Positions 42,789-51,691 of a stretch of 64,000 bases of DNA are shown piece after piece. Source of the DNA: an uncultured Elusimicrobia bacterium (GTDB lineage: Bacteria; Elusimicrobiota; Elusimicrobia; Elusimicrobiales; UBA9959); contig CAIRNJ010000013.1 of the NCBI GenBank assembly GCA_903879915.1, positions 833 through 64,832 of the forward strand. The letters run 5' to 3'. The notes under the pieces were generated by a model that did not search any database, was not told the DNA's origin, and saw nothing but the letters and a program-made list of their open reading frames with translations. A program made the position numbers and the translations under genes. How positions within the stretch are numbered: the first letter of the stretch is position 1; each line of letters begins with the position of its first letter.

Positions 42789-44138
42789 ATGCCGGAACTT
42801 AACGAACCTGTTTTTGACGCCTTCCTGGCCGCCCTCAGGCGCCTGGACTACACCGGCTACGCCGAGCAATACCCGCCTTTCGGCAGCTGGACGGATTTTA
42901 CCGGGCGGCAGGCCGACATACTGGCGGCCTGGCGCAGAAGCCTGGCGCGCGTGCGGGAGGCCGGGCTCTTCGTAAACATCCCTTTCTGCAGGTCCAGGTG
43001 CAGGTTCTGTTTCCTGCCGGTTACGCCCATAGGCTCGTCCGGCCCGGGGAGGGAGCGCTCTTTCGCGCAATACCTGGAGGCCCTGGACGGCGAAGCCTCC
43101 GTCTTTTCCCCGGTCTTTAAAAAGATCCGCATGTCGACGCTCTACATAGGCGGCGGCACGCCTTCGCTGATGACCCCGGCCGAGACCGCCCGCTTCTTCG
43201 CCCTGCTGCGCGGGCACTTCAATATTCCGCCCGGCTGCCAGGTGGTCCTGGAGCTGCACCCCGACGACGTTACCGGCGAAAAGCTTTCAGTTTACAGGGC
43301 CTGCGGCGTGAACCGGGTCTGCATAGGCGTGCAATCCATGGACAAGGCGGTGCTCACGAAGAACGCCAGGCGCCAGGAGCTGGGCCGCGTGGCCGCCGCC
43401 CACGCCGCGCTCAAGGCGCACGGCATAAGCGGCGTCAACATCGACCTTATCTGCGGCCTGCCCGGGCAGGGGAAAGCCAGCTTCCTGAGGGACCTGGCCA
43501 GTGTGATAGCCCTGCGCCCCGACCAGGTGCACCTGAACACGTTCATCAACACGCCTTACACCCTTCACGCCATGGCCGGCGGCCGCGCCGGGAACGAACG
43601 CGCGGTCGAGGCCGTCAGGAGCGAGGGCTTCAGGGAGCTTGCCAAAGCCGGCTATCAGAAGATCGATTCGGACTCTATGGGCCTGACCCCGGACTCGCGC
43701 AACCGCCAGACCGCGGACCTGAGCGGCAGGCGGTCCGTGCTGGGCCTGGGCCCCGGCGCCGTTTCGCGCGCTTTCGGCGCGGCGCGCTACATAAACCGGC
43801 CGGATTGGGAAGGCTACAGGGAGCTGGCCGCCAAGGGCAGGCCCCCGGTCGTGAAAGGCGTACTGTGCGGGCCGCGCGACGAGATGATCTATTCAGCCGT
43901 CACAAAACTCACCGACGGCCTGTCCGTAGACCTGGGGGAATTCCGCCGGACCTACGGCAAAAGTTTCAGCGAAGCTTTCCCCGCCGAGACCGCAGAACTC
44001 AGGCGCGCCGGCGCCCGCTTCTCCGGCGGCAGGCTTAAACTGGCGCGGAACATGTGGGGGCTCGTCAGGCGGGTTTTTTACCAGCCTGACGTCATAGCCC
44101 GCGGCCTCGCCAACCTCAGGTCAGCGCGAAAGGGCTGA
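42789..44138 (+). CDS. HemN/HemW-family (class C-like) radical SAM protein
   Basis: 449 aa; FVNIPFCRSRCRFCF; LYIGGGTPS; IGVQS; DLICGLPGQ. Confidence 0.75.
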   Translation: MPELNEPVFDAFLAALRRLDYTGYAEQYPPFGSWTDFTGRQADILAAWRRSLARVREAGLFVNIPFCRSRCRFCFLPVTPIGSSGPGRERSFAQYLEALDGEASVFSPVFKKIRMSTLYIGGGTPSLMTPAETARFFALLRGHFNIPPGCQVVLELHPDDVTGEKLSVYRACGVNRVCIGVQSMDKAVLTKNARRQELGRVAAAHAALKAHGISGVNIDLICGLPGQGKASFLRDLASVIALRPDQVHLNTFINTPYTLHAMAGGRAGNERAVEAVRSEGFRELAKAGYQKIDSDSMGLTPDSRNRQTADLSGRRSVLGLGPGAVSRAFGAARYINRPDWEGYRELAAKGRPPVVKGVLCGPRDEMIYSAVTKLTDGLSVDLGEFRRTYGKSFSEAFPAETAELRRAGARFSGGRLKLARNMWGLVRRVFYQPDVIARGLANLRSARKG

Positions 44139-45764
44139 AACTATTTTCTCGTTGGCTATCCTGAACAGGCCGCCGGCGCCGGCTATATAGAGATATTTTT
44201 TCGTCGCGCCCAGCGCCTCCACCCTCGGTGTCACATAAAAAACCCCGAGCTTTTTAGACGCGGCCGCGTCGTAAACCGCCACATCTCCGCCAAGATACGA
44301 CCCGGCGTAAAGGTATTTCCCGTCGGCGGAGAATTCCAGCTTCCTCACGTGGAAAGGCGCCCGCATAATGCCGGTTATCTTAAGGGTCTGGGCGTCCAGC
44401 TTGTATATGTCCCGCGTGAAAATGGACGGCGCGTATATGCGGCGCCCGTCCGGGGACAAGACCAGGTCCATGAAAGCCCTGGAGGGGTCCGAGGCGTTCA
44501 CGAGCGCCAGCGTCCGCTCATCCAGTTCGAATACGCGCCGGCCCGGCAGCACGCCCGGACCGTGCATAAGCCAGAGGAAGCGCCGGAACGCCGGCTTAGC
44601 CGCGGGATCCCTGCCGTAAACCGAGATCAGCAGGGTATGCCTGCGCGGGTTCCGCTTGACCTGAAAAACAACTCCGCCCATCTCCACCAGCCCGGCCTCC
44701 GCCAGCGACAGCGAGCGCAGCAGGCGGCCGGAGGGATCCAGTTCAAAAATGGCCGGGTTCAGGTTGTTGACCGCGTAAACCCTGCCGCAGGCGTTATGCA
44801 CGGCAAAAAGTTCCTCCACCGGCCAGCCGGCCGCGGAAGCCGGAAGAGGCAGGCGCTTTACGGTATCCGCACCCGGGACATATTCCAGCAGGTAATTCTC
44901 GTGCCAGGGGGCGAAATAAAGTTTAGCCGGGCATTCGGAGGAAAACCGGCGCACCTGCGAGTTTTCATGAAAAGCCCTGAACTCCGGCCGGCGCAGGTTC
45001 ACCCAGACGAAACTCGGCGGGAGGGCGTCCTTGCTCCCGAAGGTGGCACCGAAAGAAAGCGCCGCCCAGCCGTCGCCGGGATCCGCGTACAGGTCATGCG
45101 GGAACATGACGCCCTCCGGCCAGCGCTCCCCGTTCAGGCCGGAATAACCGGCAGCCGGAAAAACCTTTTCCACCCCGGCCGGCGGGCGGCGCCATTCGCG
45201 CAGCGGCCCGCCCGGGTGAAAATAAAGCAGCAGGAACAGCGTCAGTGTTGCCGCGCCGGGCGCAAGCACGGTAACGGTCAGCCGGAAAGCCGCGCGCCTG
45301 TAAGGCAGCAGCCAGTAGGCGGCGGCCAGCCCGAGCCCGAGGACAACTGCCGGGATGGGACTTGCCGTCCAGGTTATCCACAGCACGAAAGGCCACAGCC
45401 CTATCAGCGGCGCGAAAATAGACGGCTGCCCGTAAGCCCTGAGCGGGTACCAGAAGAACAGGGCGCTGAGAGCCAGCAGGAAAAGCATACGGCCGGCCAG
45501 CTGCGGCCATACCGCCGGCCCCGGCCCCAGCCGGCGGGCCTCTATAAGGCGGGTGGCGGCGTATTCAAAAGCCAGCAGCGGCAATGCCGCCGCCGCCGCG
45601 GCCCAGCCGGGCAGCGGCAGCAGGTACAGGAAATAACAGTGCACGGAACGTATGTAGTATAATTGTGCGAGCGTTACAACGGCCGGCGCGGCAAAATAAA
45701 AAGCAGCCGCGCCGAACCCCGCCGGAAGCGGGGCTTTCCTGAAGACCGAAGCTGTTCCTCTCAT
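44121..45764 (-). CDS. polytopic membrane protein with C-terminal beta-propeller (YVTN-like) domain
   Basis: 547 aa from ATG 45764 (the upstream 97 codons of the track ORF are Arg/Gly/Ala-rich shadow); about 6 TM segments, then repeats such as GRRIYAPS..., DGKYLYAGS..., KKYLYIAG. Confidence 0.5.
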   Translation of the reverse strand: MRGTASVFRKAPLPAGFGAAAFYFAAPAVVTLAQLYYIRSVHCYFLYLLPLPGWAAAAAALPLLAFEYAATRLIEARRLGPGPAVWPQLAGRMLFLLALSALFFWYPLRAYGQPSIFAPLIGLWPFVLWITWTASPIPAVVLGLGLAAAYWLLPYRRAAFRLTVTVLAPGAATLTLFLLLYFHPGGPLREWRRPPAGVEKVFPAAGYSGLNGERWPEGVMFPHDLYADPGDGWAALSFGATFGSKDALPPSFVWVNLRRPEFRAFHENSQVRRFSSECPAKLYFAPWHENYLLEYVPGADTVKRLPLPASAAGWPVEELFAVHNACGRVYAVNNLNPAIFELDPSGRLLRSLSLAEAGLVEMGGVVFQVKRNPRRHTLLISVYGRDPAAKPAFRRFLWLMHGPGVLPGRRVFELDERTLALVNASDPSRAFMDLVLSPDGRRIYAPSIFTRDIYKLDAQTLKITGIMRAPFHVRKLEFSADGKYLYAGSYLGGDVAVYDAAASKKLGVFYVTPRVEALGATKKYLYIAGAGGLFRIANEKIVSALSR

Positions 45765-45767
45765 AAA

Positions 45768-46502
45768 ATGCCTGAACTCGCGGTAATTATCCCGGCCTAC
45801 AACTCCGAAGCCGTACTGCCCGGCACCCTGGCGCGCCTGGCCGCCGTGCGGTCCGCCCTGCCCGGCGCGGCGGTGCTGCTGGTGGACGACGGCAGCACGG
45901 ACGGGACTGCCGCGGCCGCGCGCCGCGCCGCCCAGAAACTGGGCCTGGAGCTCCGCGTGCTGCCCCACCCGGGCAACCGGGGCTACGGCGCGGCCCAGAA
46001 GACCGGGCTGCGCGCCGCGCTGGACCTCGGCTGCCGCGCCGCCGTGCTGCTGCACGCCGACGGCCAGTACGCCCCGGAAGAGCTGCCGGTCATGGTCCGC
46101 CCGCTGCTTGACGGCTCGGCCGACGTGGCCGCCGGCTCCCGGCTCGCGTCGGGCAAAGCCCTGGCGCAGGGCATGCCCCTTGCCAGGTATCTGGCGAACC
46201 GCTGGCTGACGGCGCTAGAGAACGCCGTGTTCGGGCTGAACTTCTTCGAGTACCACTCGGGCTACATGGCCTACTCGGCCGGAGCGCTGCGCGCGATAAA
46301 ATTCGAAACGCTGACGGACAGGTTCCATTTCGACGGGGAAATGCTGCTCTGCGCCGGCAAGCTCGGGCTGCGCGTGGCCCAGCTGCCCGTCTCCGCCCAC
46401 TACGGTCCCGAATCGTCCAGCCTGGCCCCGCTGCCTTACCTGGCCGAGATAGCCGGCGTGCTGCTGCGGTACCTGCGCCGCGGCTACTTCTTCCAGCGCT
46501 AG
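45768..46502 (+). CDS. family 2 glycosyltransferase (polyprenyl-phosphate glycosyltransferase-like)
   Basis: 244 aa from ATG 45768; IIPAYNSE; LLVDDGSTDGT; GNRGYGAAQKTG; LHADGQY. Confidence 0.7.
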   Translation: MPELAVIIPAYNSEAVLPGTLARLAAVRSALPGAAVLLVDDGSTDGTAAAARRAAQKLGLELRVLPHPGNRGYGAAQKTGLRAALDLGCRAAVLLHADGQYAPEELPVMVRPLLDGSADVAAGSRLASGKALAQGMPLARYLANRWLTALENAVFGLNFFEYHSGYMAYSAGALRAIKFETLTDRFHFDGEMLLCAGKLGLRVAQLPVSAHYGPESSSLAPLPYLAEIAGVLLRYLRRGYFFQR

Positions 46503-47965
46503 CCCGTCCGCCCGCAAATTTTCTTCAGGAGCCCGTAGGCCCGGCGCTCCGGCAGCGGTTTTAAAAAACCCGTGCGCAGCCTGAACCAGGCCACGGGCCG
46601 GTAAGCGTTATACAGCGCTTTCAGCAGCCGGGCGCCCGAGCCGTAATCGTCCATTTTGCGGTCCAGGAACCTGCTGACGAAGCAGGCGCGTTCCAGGAAG
46701 TCCTTCAGCGCCGGGCTGCTTTCGTGCATATGGGAGCTGTCCCACTCGTACCTGCCCCAATCTTCGAGCCTGCCCGGGAAGACCGCGCCGCCGCGCTCCA
46801 GCGAGGAAAAGATCTCCGTGCCGGGATAAGGCGAAAAAATAAAGAACTGCGGTATGCGGAAATTCCCGCCCAGCCGCAGTATCTCGAGCCCGAGATCGAT
46901 GGTGGCGCGTATCTCCGCCCTGGTTTCGCCGGGAAGCCCCACTATGAAGGAGCAGAGCACGGCTATTTTCCTGTTCCTGAACCGGGCCAGCTGTTCGCGC
47001 GCCAGGCGCAGGTCGCCGGACTTGTTCAGGACCTCGGTCCGGACCCTGTCCACCCCGGATTCCACGCCTATGGACATCCGCACCACCCCGGCCGCTTCTA
47101 TAAGGTCCAGCTCGGCGTCGGACAGCCTGGCCAGCGTCTCTATGTCCACGCCCTGCAGCACGCAGCCCAGCCCCAGCTCTTTAAGTCCGGAAAGTATCGC
47201 CATGGCCCGGCGCTGGTCTATGAAAAAATTATCGTCGAGCAGGTAGACCAGCGAGAACTCGTAGCGGGAACGCAGGTCCTTCAGTTCCGCCAGCACGCGC
47301 GCCGCGCTTTTGGCGCGCAGGCGGCCCAGGTTGAAGGCGCGGTTATAGCAGTAAGCGCACTTGCACGGGCAGCCGCGGCTGGACTGGTAAAAGAACATTT
47401 TTTCGCCGCGGTAGGTCTGCGCGTATTTCGCCATGTCCACAAGATGGTATGGCACCGGCGGCAGGGCGTCCAGGTCGAGCAGCGGCCCGCGCGGCGCGCC
47501 CGTTACCCGCCCGTCTTTCCTGCGCCAGACCCCCGGTATCCCGCCGGTATCGGTCCCGGCCGCCAGCCGCCGCGCCAACTCGGCCAGCGCCAGCTCGCCT
47601 TCCCCCTCCACCACGTAATCCGCCAGGCCGTGGGCGGCCGTCTGCGCCGGCCTCAGCGAGGCGTGAATGCCGCCCCAGATAAGCGGCGCCCCGCACAGCC
47701 CGCGCGCGAGGCGCGCGGCCTCTAGCGCGTTAAGGATCATCCCCCCCGTCATGGCGGTAAGCCCGACGGCTACCGTGCCTCCGTCTATGGCCCGGGCCAG
47801 CGCGGCGCGCCAGTCGGCTTCGGCGCGCTGGTCGACTATGCGGACCTCGAACTCCGCGCAGACGAGCGAAGCGGCGCAAAGCAGGCCCAGCGGCGGGGTG
47901 GGGTTGGCGCGGAACATGTCCATGTCCCCGATGCCCGGCTGTATAAGAACGAGATTTTTTTTCAT
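46499..47965 (-). CDS. B12-binding-domain (class B) radical SAM protein (seventh, separate subtype)
   Basis: 488 aa; LIWGGIHAS; SRGCPCKCAYC; last gene of a 3-gene coupled unit. Confidence 0.75.
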   Translation of the reverse strand: MKKNLVLIQPGIGDMDMFRANPTPPLGLLCAASLVCAEFEVRIVDQRAEADWRAALARAIDGGTVAVGLTAMTGGMILNALEAARLARGLCGAPLIWGGIHASLRPAQTAAHGLADYVVEGEGELALAELARRLAAGTDTGGIPGVWRRKDGRVTGAPRGPLLDLDALPPVPYHLVDMAKYAQTYRGEKMFFYQSSRGCPCKCAYCYNRAFNLGRLRAKSAARVLAELKDLRSRYEFSLVYLLDDNFFIDQRRAMAILSGLKELGLGCVLQGVDIETLARLSDAELDLIEAAGVVRMSIGVESGVDRVRTEVLNKSGDLRLAREQLARFRNRKIAVLCSFIVGLPGETRAEIRATIDLGLEILRLGGNFRIPQFFIFSPYPGTEIFSSLERGGAVFPGRLEDWGRYEWDSSHMHESSPALKDFLERACFVSRFLDRKMDDYGSGARLLKALYNAYRPVAWFRLRTGFLKPLPERRAYGLLKKICGRTG

Positions 47966-48906
47966 GAGCCCGCCCCGGCGGGGACCGTAAAGCCGGGCAG
48001 CACGAGGGAATTTAAAACGGAAGCCCCGGCCGGAACGCGCCCGCCCGGGAAGACCACCGTGCGCACGAGGCGCGCCCCGGCGCCGGCCGAACCGCCGCGG
48101 GCCACCACGGAACCTTCCAGTTCAACTCCCGCCCCGACCTCGGCCTCCGGGTGCGCGAAACCGGACAGCCCTTTGTCCTCCAGCCAGGCCGCGTTGGCCG
48201 TCAGTATATCTTCCGGGTAGGTGATATTCACGTCCAGTTTGAGCGTTTCCATGGCCTTGACCGTGCCGCCGCCGGCGATAAGCCCCTGTATGGCGTCCGT
48301 AAGCTCTATCTCCCCGCGCAGCGCCGACGGGCGGGTCCGCCCGAGCGCCGCCATGAACCTGGGGCCGAAAAAATATACGCCGCAGGGTTTGACCAGGCTG
48401 AGCGCGCGCGCCGGCTTTTCCACTATCCGGAGCACCGTATCCGCGGCGTCCAGCTCTATCGTGCATTCTTTAAGTATCGCGGCCTCGTCCGCGACCTTCC
48501 TCACGGAGAGCACGGCGTCGGGTCCGCCGCCGCTTATCGCCCGTACCGCGCCGGCCAGGTCCGGCCGGGAGTAATAAGTGTCGCCCAGCACCAGCGCGAA
48601 AGGCCCGCCTTTCACCCAGGGCCCGGCCAGCAGCGCGGCGTGCCCTATGCCCCTGCGTTCGGCCTGGTGGACGACCGCGAGCTCCGCTCCGGAGCCTTCG
48701 AGGGCCCTCCTGGCGGCGCTCTCGACCTCTCCCGACGAAGGGTCGGTCACTATAACGAAAAGTTTCGTCCCGAGGGCTATAAAGACGCGCAGGTGGAGTT
48801 CCAGCAGCGGGCAGTCCCCGACGGGGAGCAGCGCTTTCGGGAAGAGCTTGCCGATTTCGCCGAGCCGCGTGCCGCTGCCGGCGGTCAGGATAACGACCGG
48901 GATCAT
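47962..48906 (-). CDS. sugar-phosphate nucleotidyltransferase with C-terminal left-handed beta-helix
   Basis: 314 aa; MIPVVILTAGSGTRLG...KALLPV signature; C-terminal hexapeptide-like repeats. Confidence 0.7.
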   Translation of the reverse strand: MIPVVILTAGSGTRLGEIGKLFPKALLPVGDCPLLELHLRVFIALGTKLFVIVTDPSSGEVESAARRALEGSGAELAVVHQAERRGIGHAALLAGPWVKGGPFALVLGDTYYSRPDLAGAVRAISGGGPDAVLSVRKVADEAAILKECTIELDAADTVLRIVEKPARALSLVKPCGVYFFGPRFMAALGRTRPSALRGEIELTDAIQGLIAGGGTVKAMETLKLDVNITYPEDILTANAAWLEDKGLSGFAHPEAEVGAGVELEGSVVARGGSAGAGARLVRTVVFPGGRVPAGASVLNSLVLPGFTVPAGAGS

Positions 48907-50264
48907 GAGAGTGTTTTTTCGGCCGCCGAAATGCCGGCCTCTATGCTGTGGTCCATGTTATAAATGGCCCATTCCCCGAAACGCCCGGCGGATATTATGC
49001 CGGCCTCCTCCAGGCGGCGCAGGCAGAACGGCACGTCCTCCCCGTGCCCGGCGTGCGGCACCGGGTATGCCGGGAAATGGTCATAAGCCCGCAGCGTCTT
49101 TATGTCCTTCTTTCTTATGACGCCGAGCTTTACGAGGCCGGCCGTGACGCGCGGGGCCAGGCCCGCCGCGGCGCGGTTCGCCCCGCCCGGGGGCAGGGCG
49201 CATTCCACCAGCAGCGCATGGCCGCCCGGCGCGGCGCCCGGGTTTATCAGGTCCGCGCGGGTGAGGCGGTAGAAAGGCGCGGCCGGGTCCGGCACGTAGA
49301 TCCAGTGATACGGCGGCAGGTTCACCCCGGACAGCACGTATTGCAGGCAGAGCACCCTCGTAGCGCGCAGGCGGGAGGCGGGCCCGGAACATTCCTTAAG
49401 GCCGGCCAGCCGTACGGCCCGGTCCAGCGGCAGCGTGGAGATCAGGCGGCCGTAGCCCACCTCGCCGCGCGACGTGAGAACGGTCTTGCGCCGCGCGTCT
49501 ATTTTCAGCACTTCGGCGCCGCAGACCGGCGCCGCGGGTTTCAGGCTCCCGAGCAGTCCCTCCACCAGCGACTCTATGCCGCCGCGCTTCGGGTAAACGA
49601 ATTCGGCGTGCGGGGCCGCGTCCCCGCGGCCGGCCCGCCGGCCGCCGAGTATGCTGTCGGCCAGGCCGGCGGCTCCGGGCAGGCGTATTTTAGCGGCCAG
49701 CCATTTATGGTCCATGCCGGCCAGCGGCGTCTGCCAGAGCTTCTCGTTGTAAGGCCGGAAGAACAGGTCCGTTATGCCGCCGCCCAGCTCCCGGACGGCC
49801 AGCTCCTCGAGGTTGCGCGGCCCGGCCGGGACGCTTTTAAAACGCGCTTCCAGCAAACCGCGCAGCGCCGTTTTCCTGTCTTCAAGGCCCAGCTGGTGTA
49901 TATTGTCCTGGAAAGGGAAATCCACGTAGCCGCCCTTCCACATTACGCCGAGGCGGTGCCTGTAGCTGTAAACCGGGCCGGCCATTTCCCTGAAGATGGC
50001 GGCGGCGCGTTTATTCCTGGTGAAAAAAACGTGGGGCAGTTCGTCGATCGTCACGCCGGCCGAGCGGTCGGTCTTAAGCAGGCCGCCGGGACGGGGACCG
50101 CGCTCCAGCAGCAGTACGTCCCGCGCTCCGGAGCGCAGCAGTTCCCTGGCCGCTATAAGCCCGGTCAGTCCGGCGCCCAGTATTACGACCTCGGCGCTGT
50201 CAGGCAGGCCGCCGGAACGGTTGATTTTTCGCTTTCTCCCCGTCATTTTAAATAATGTTAGCAA
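48903..50264 (-). CDS. FAD/NAD(P)-binding oxidoreductase (amine-oxidase / UDP-galactopyranose-mutase-like fold)
   Basis: 453 aa; dinucleotide-binding motif VVILGAGLTGLIAARELL...LLLERGPRPGG. Confidence 0.6.
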   Translation of the reverse strand: MLTLFKMTGRKRKINRSGGLPDSAEVVILGAGLTGLIAARELLRSGARDVLLLERGPRPGGLLKTDRSAGVTIDELPHVFFTRNKRAAAIFREMAGPVYSYRHRLGVMWKGGYVDFPFQDNIHQLGLEDRKTALRGLLEARFKSVPAGPRNLEELAVRELGGGITDLFFRPYNEKLWQTPLAGMDHKWLAAKIRLPGAAGLADSILGGRRAGRGDAAPHAEFVYPKRGGIESLVEGLLGSLKPAAPVCGAEVLKIDARRKTVLTSRGEVGYGRLISTLPLDRAVRLAGLKECSGPASRLRATRVLCLQYVLSGVNLPPYHWIYVPDPAAPFYRLTRADLINPGAAPGGHALLVECALPPGGANRAAAGLAPRVTAGLVKLGVIRKKDIKTLRAYDHFPAYPVPHAGHGEDVPFCLRRLEEAGIISAGRFGEWAIYNMDHSIEAGISAAEKTLS

Positions 50265-50450
50265 ATCTCCCGCGGCGCCATTTCAGTTTCCGAGCAGAGC
50301 ATGGTCCATTTCCCCGGCTTCAGGGTCCTTGTAAGTTTCCAGCCGGCGGCAGTATTTCCCCGGAGGACAGGGCCGGGACCAGCACCACCCTGAATTCCCG
50401 GCGCTGTCCGGAGGACGGGATACTTTCTTTCATGGAGGCGGGCGCGGGGG

Positions 50451-51596
50451 CTACCGGCGTTTCTCCGCCGGCAGGTCCGGATTTTCAAACCCCATCCCCT
50501 CTTCGCGCAGCGCGCGGACGATGTCGGCGCTGCTTTTCAGCAGCGGCTTAAGGCCGCCGCGCTCAAGAAGGTCCTTGTAATAGATACAAAGCAGGCAGGC
50601 GAGGAAAACGCGCTGCCCGCAGGCCATTACGGCCTTGAAAGCCCGCTCCCTCGAAGCGCGTACTTTTTGCAGGTCGAGCCCGGAGCGCCAGTCGCCCACG
50701 GCGTAAACGGCCCGCAGGGCGGGGTCCTGGGCCGCGCGGGAGGCCGAAAGTATGGAGCACGGGTAGAACACCCCGTCGGGGCCTATGGAGACCTCGCCCT
50801 GGGCGCAAAAAGAGTCAAGCCAGGCGCGGCCTTTTTCCAGGCGCTTGTAGCCGAATTTAGGGACCTCCAGGAAGGCGCCGCGGCCGGCGCCCTTGAGATA
50901 GAGCGCCGTCTTGCGCAGCTCACGCCGCAACGCCGCCAGGTCGCGAGCGCTCCACGCCTCCTGCACCGCGAAGGAAAGGCCGAGGTCGCCGGCGCCGAGC
51001 GAAGCCAGGAACCGGACGTTCTCGGCCAGGCGCGGGGCCGTGGTTTTGGTGACCGTGGCGGAAATGCCCAGGGCTTTCCTGGCCTCGGCGGGCAAAGCCC
51101 GGATGTTGCTTATTACCCGCCTGAAACTGGGCCTGCCGCCGCGCATAACCCTGTTCAGGTTCTGGCTGAGGGGCGCGCCGTCCAGGCTGATCTTAAGATG
51201 TACGGCGCTGCGCCTGAAAAGCTCCGCGGTGGGCGCGTCCAGCAGCAGGCCGTTCGAGAAGCACTCGATATCCACCGCCGGGCCCGCCGTCTTCCTGAGC
51301 CAGGGCAGCAGGCCGGCCAGCAGTTTTTTATCCAGCAGCGGCTCGCCGCCGGAAATACTTATCTTCTCCACTTTGCCGCCGCGGGCGGCGCGCAGGTAAT
51401 GCAGCACCGCCAGCTTTATCCGGCGCAGGTCCAGTTTTTGCACGCGGGCGCGGTCGAGATCGCCGGAATAGCAATAGCGGCAGCGCATGTTGCACTGGTT
51501 GGAAACGCAGATATCAAGCTCCGCCGGGAACGCCGGCAGGCGGCCCTGGGCCGCCTGCGCGGGACCGGCTACGGATCTGTGGGCTGGAAATGGCAT
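50451..51596 (-). CDS. radical SAM protein, anSME-like (fam2), last gene of the Hxs-type operon
   Basis: 381 aa; CNMRCRYC; ISGGEPLL; CAQGEVSIGPDGVFYPC partial SPASM. Confidence 0.7.
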   Translation of the reverse strand: MPFPAHRSVAGPAQAAQGRLPAFPAELDICVSNQCNMRCRYCYSGDLDRARVQKLDLRRIKLAVLHYLRAARGGKVEKISISGGEPLLDKKLLAGLLPWLRKTAGPAVDIECFSNGLLLDAPTAELFRRSAVHLKISLDGAPLSQNLNRVMRGGRPSFRRVISNIRALPAEARKALGISATVTKTTAPRLAENVRFLASLGAGDLGLSFAVQEAWSARDLAALRRELRKTALYLKGAGRGAFLEVPKFGYKRLEKGRAWLDSFCAQGEVSIGPDGVFYPCSILSASRAAQDPALRAVYAVGDWRSGLDLQKVRASRERAFKAVMACGQRVFLACLLCIYYKDLLERGGLKPLLKSSADIVRALREEGMGFENPDLPAEKRR

Positions 51597-51691
51597 CTTT
51601 AGGCGCTGACGTACGCGGAGCTTACCGCCGCCGGCGCGCCCGCGAAACCGCGGGCGCTGCGGGCGAACCCGTGAAACCGCTCAACTCCGCG

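Noticed and set aside
44349-45662. 437-aa plus-strand ORF
   Set aside because: It is antisense to the membrane/beta-propeller gene. It is Arg/Pro/Gly/Gln-rich without TM or domain features.
50320-50433. 37-aa minus-strand ORF (MKESIPSSGQRREFRVVLVPALSSGEILPPAGNLQGP), 18 nt downstream of rSAM 50451, considered as a second precursor peptide
   Set aside because: It has no Shine-Dalgarno sequence and no repeat or Cys/His-rich core. It lies in the 5' region of the next operon, so there is too little evidence to annotate it.
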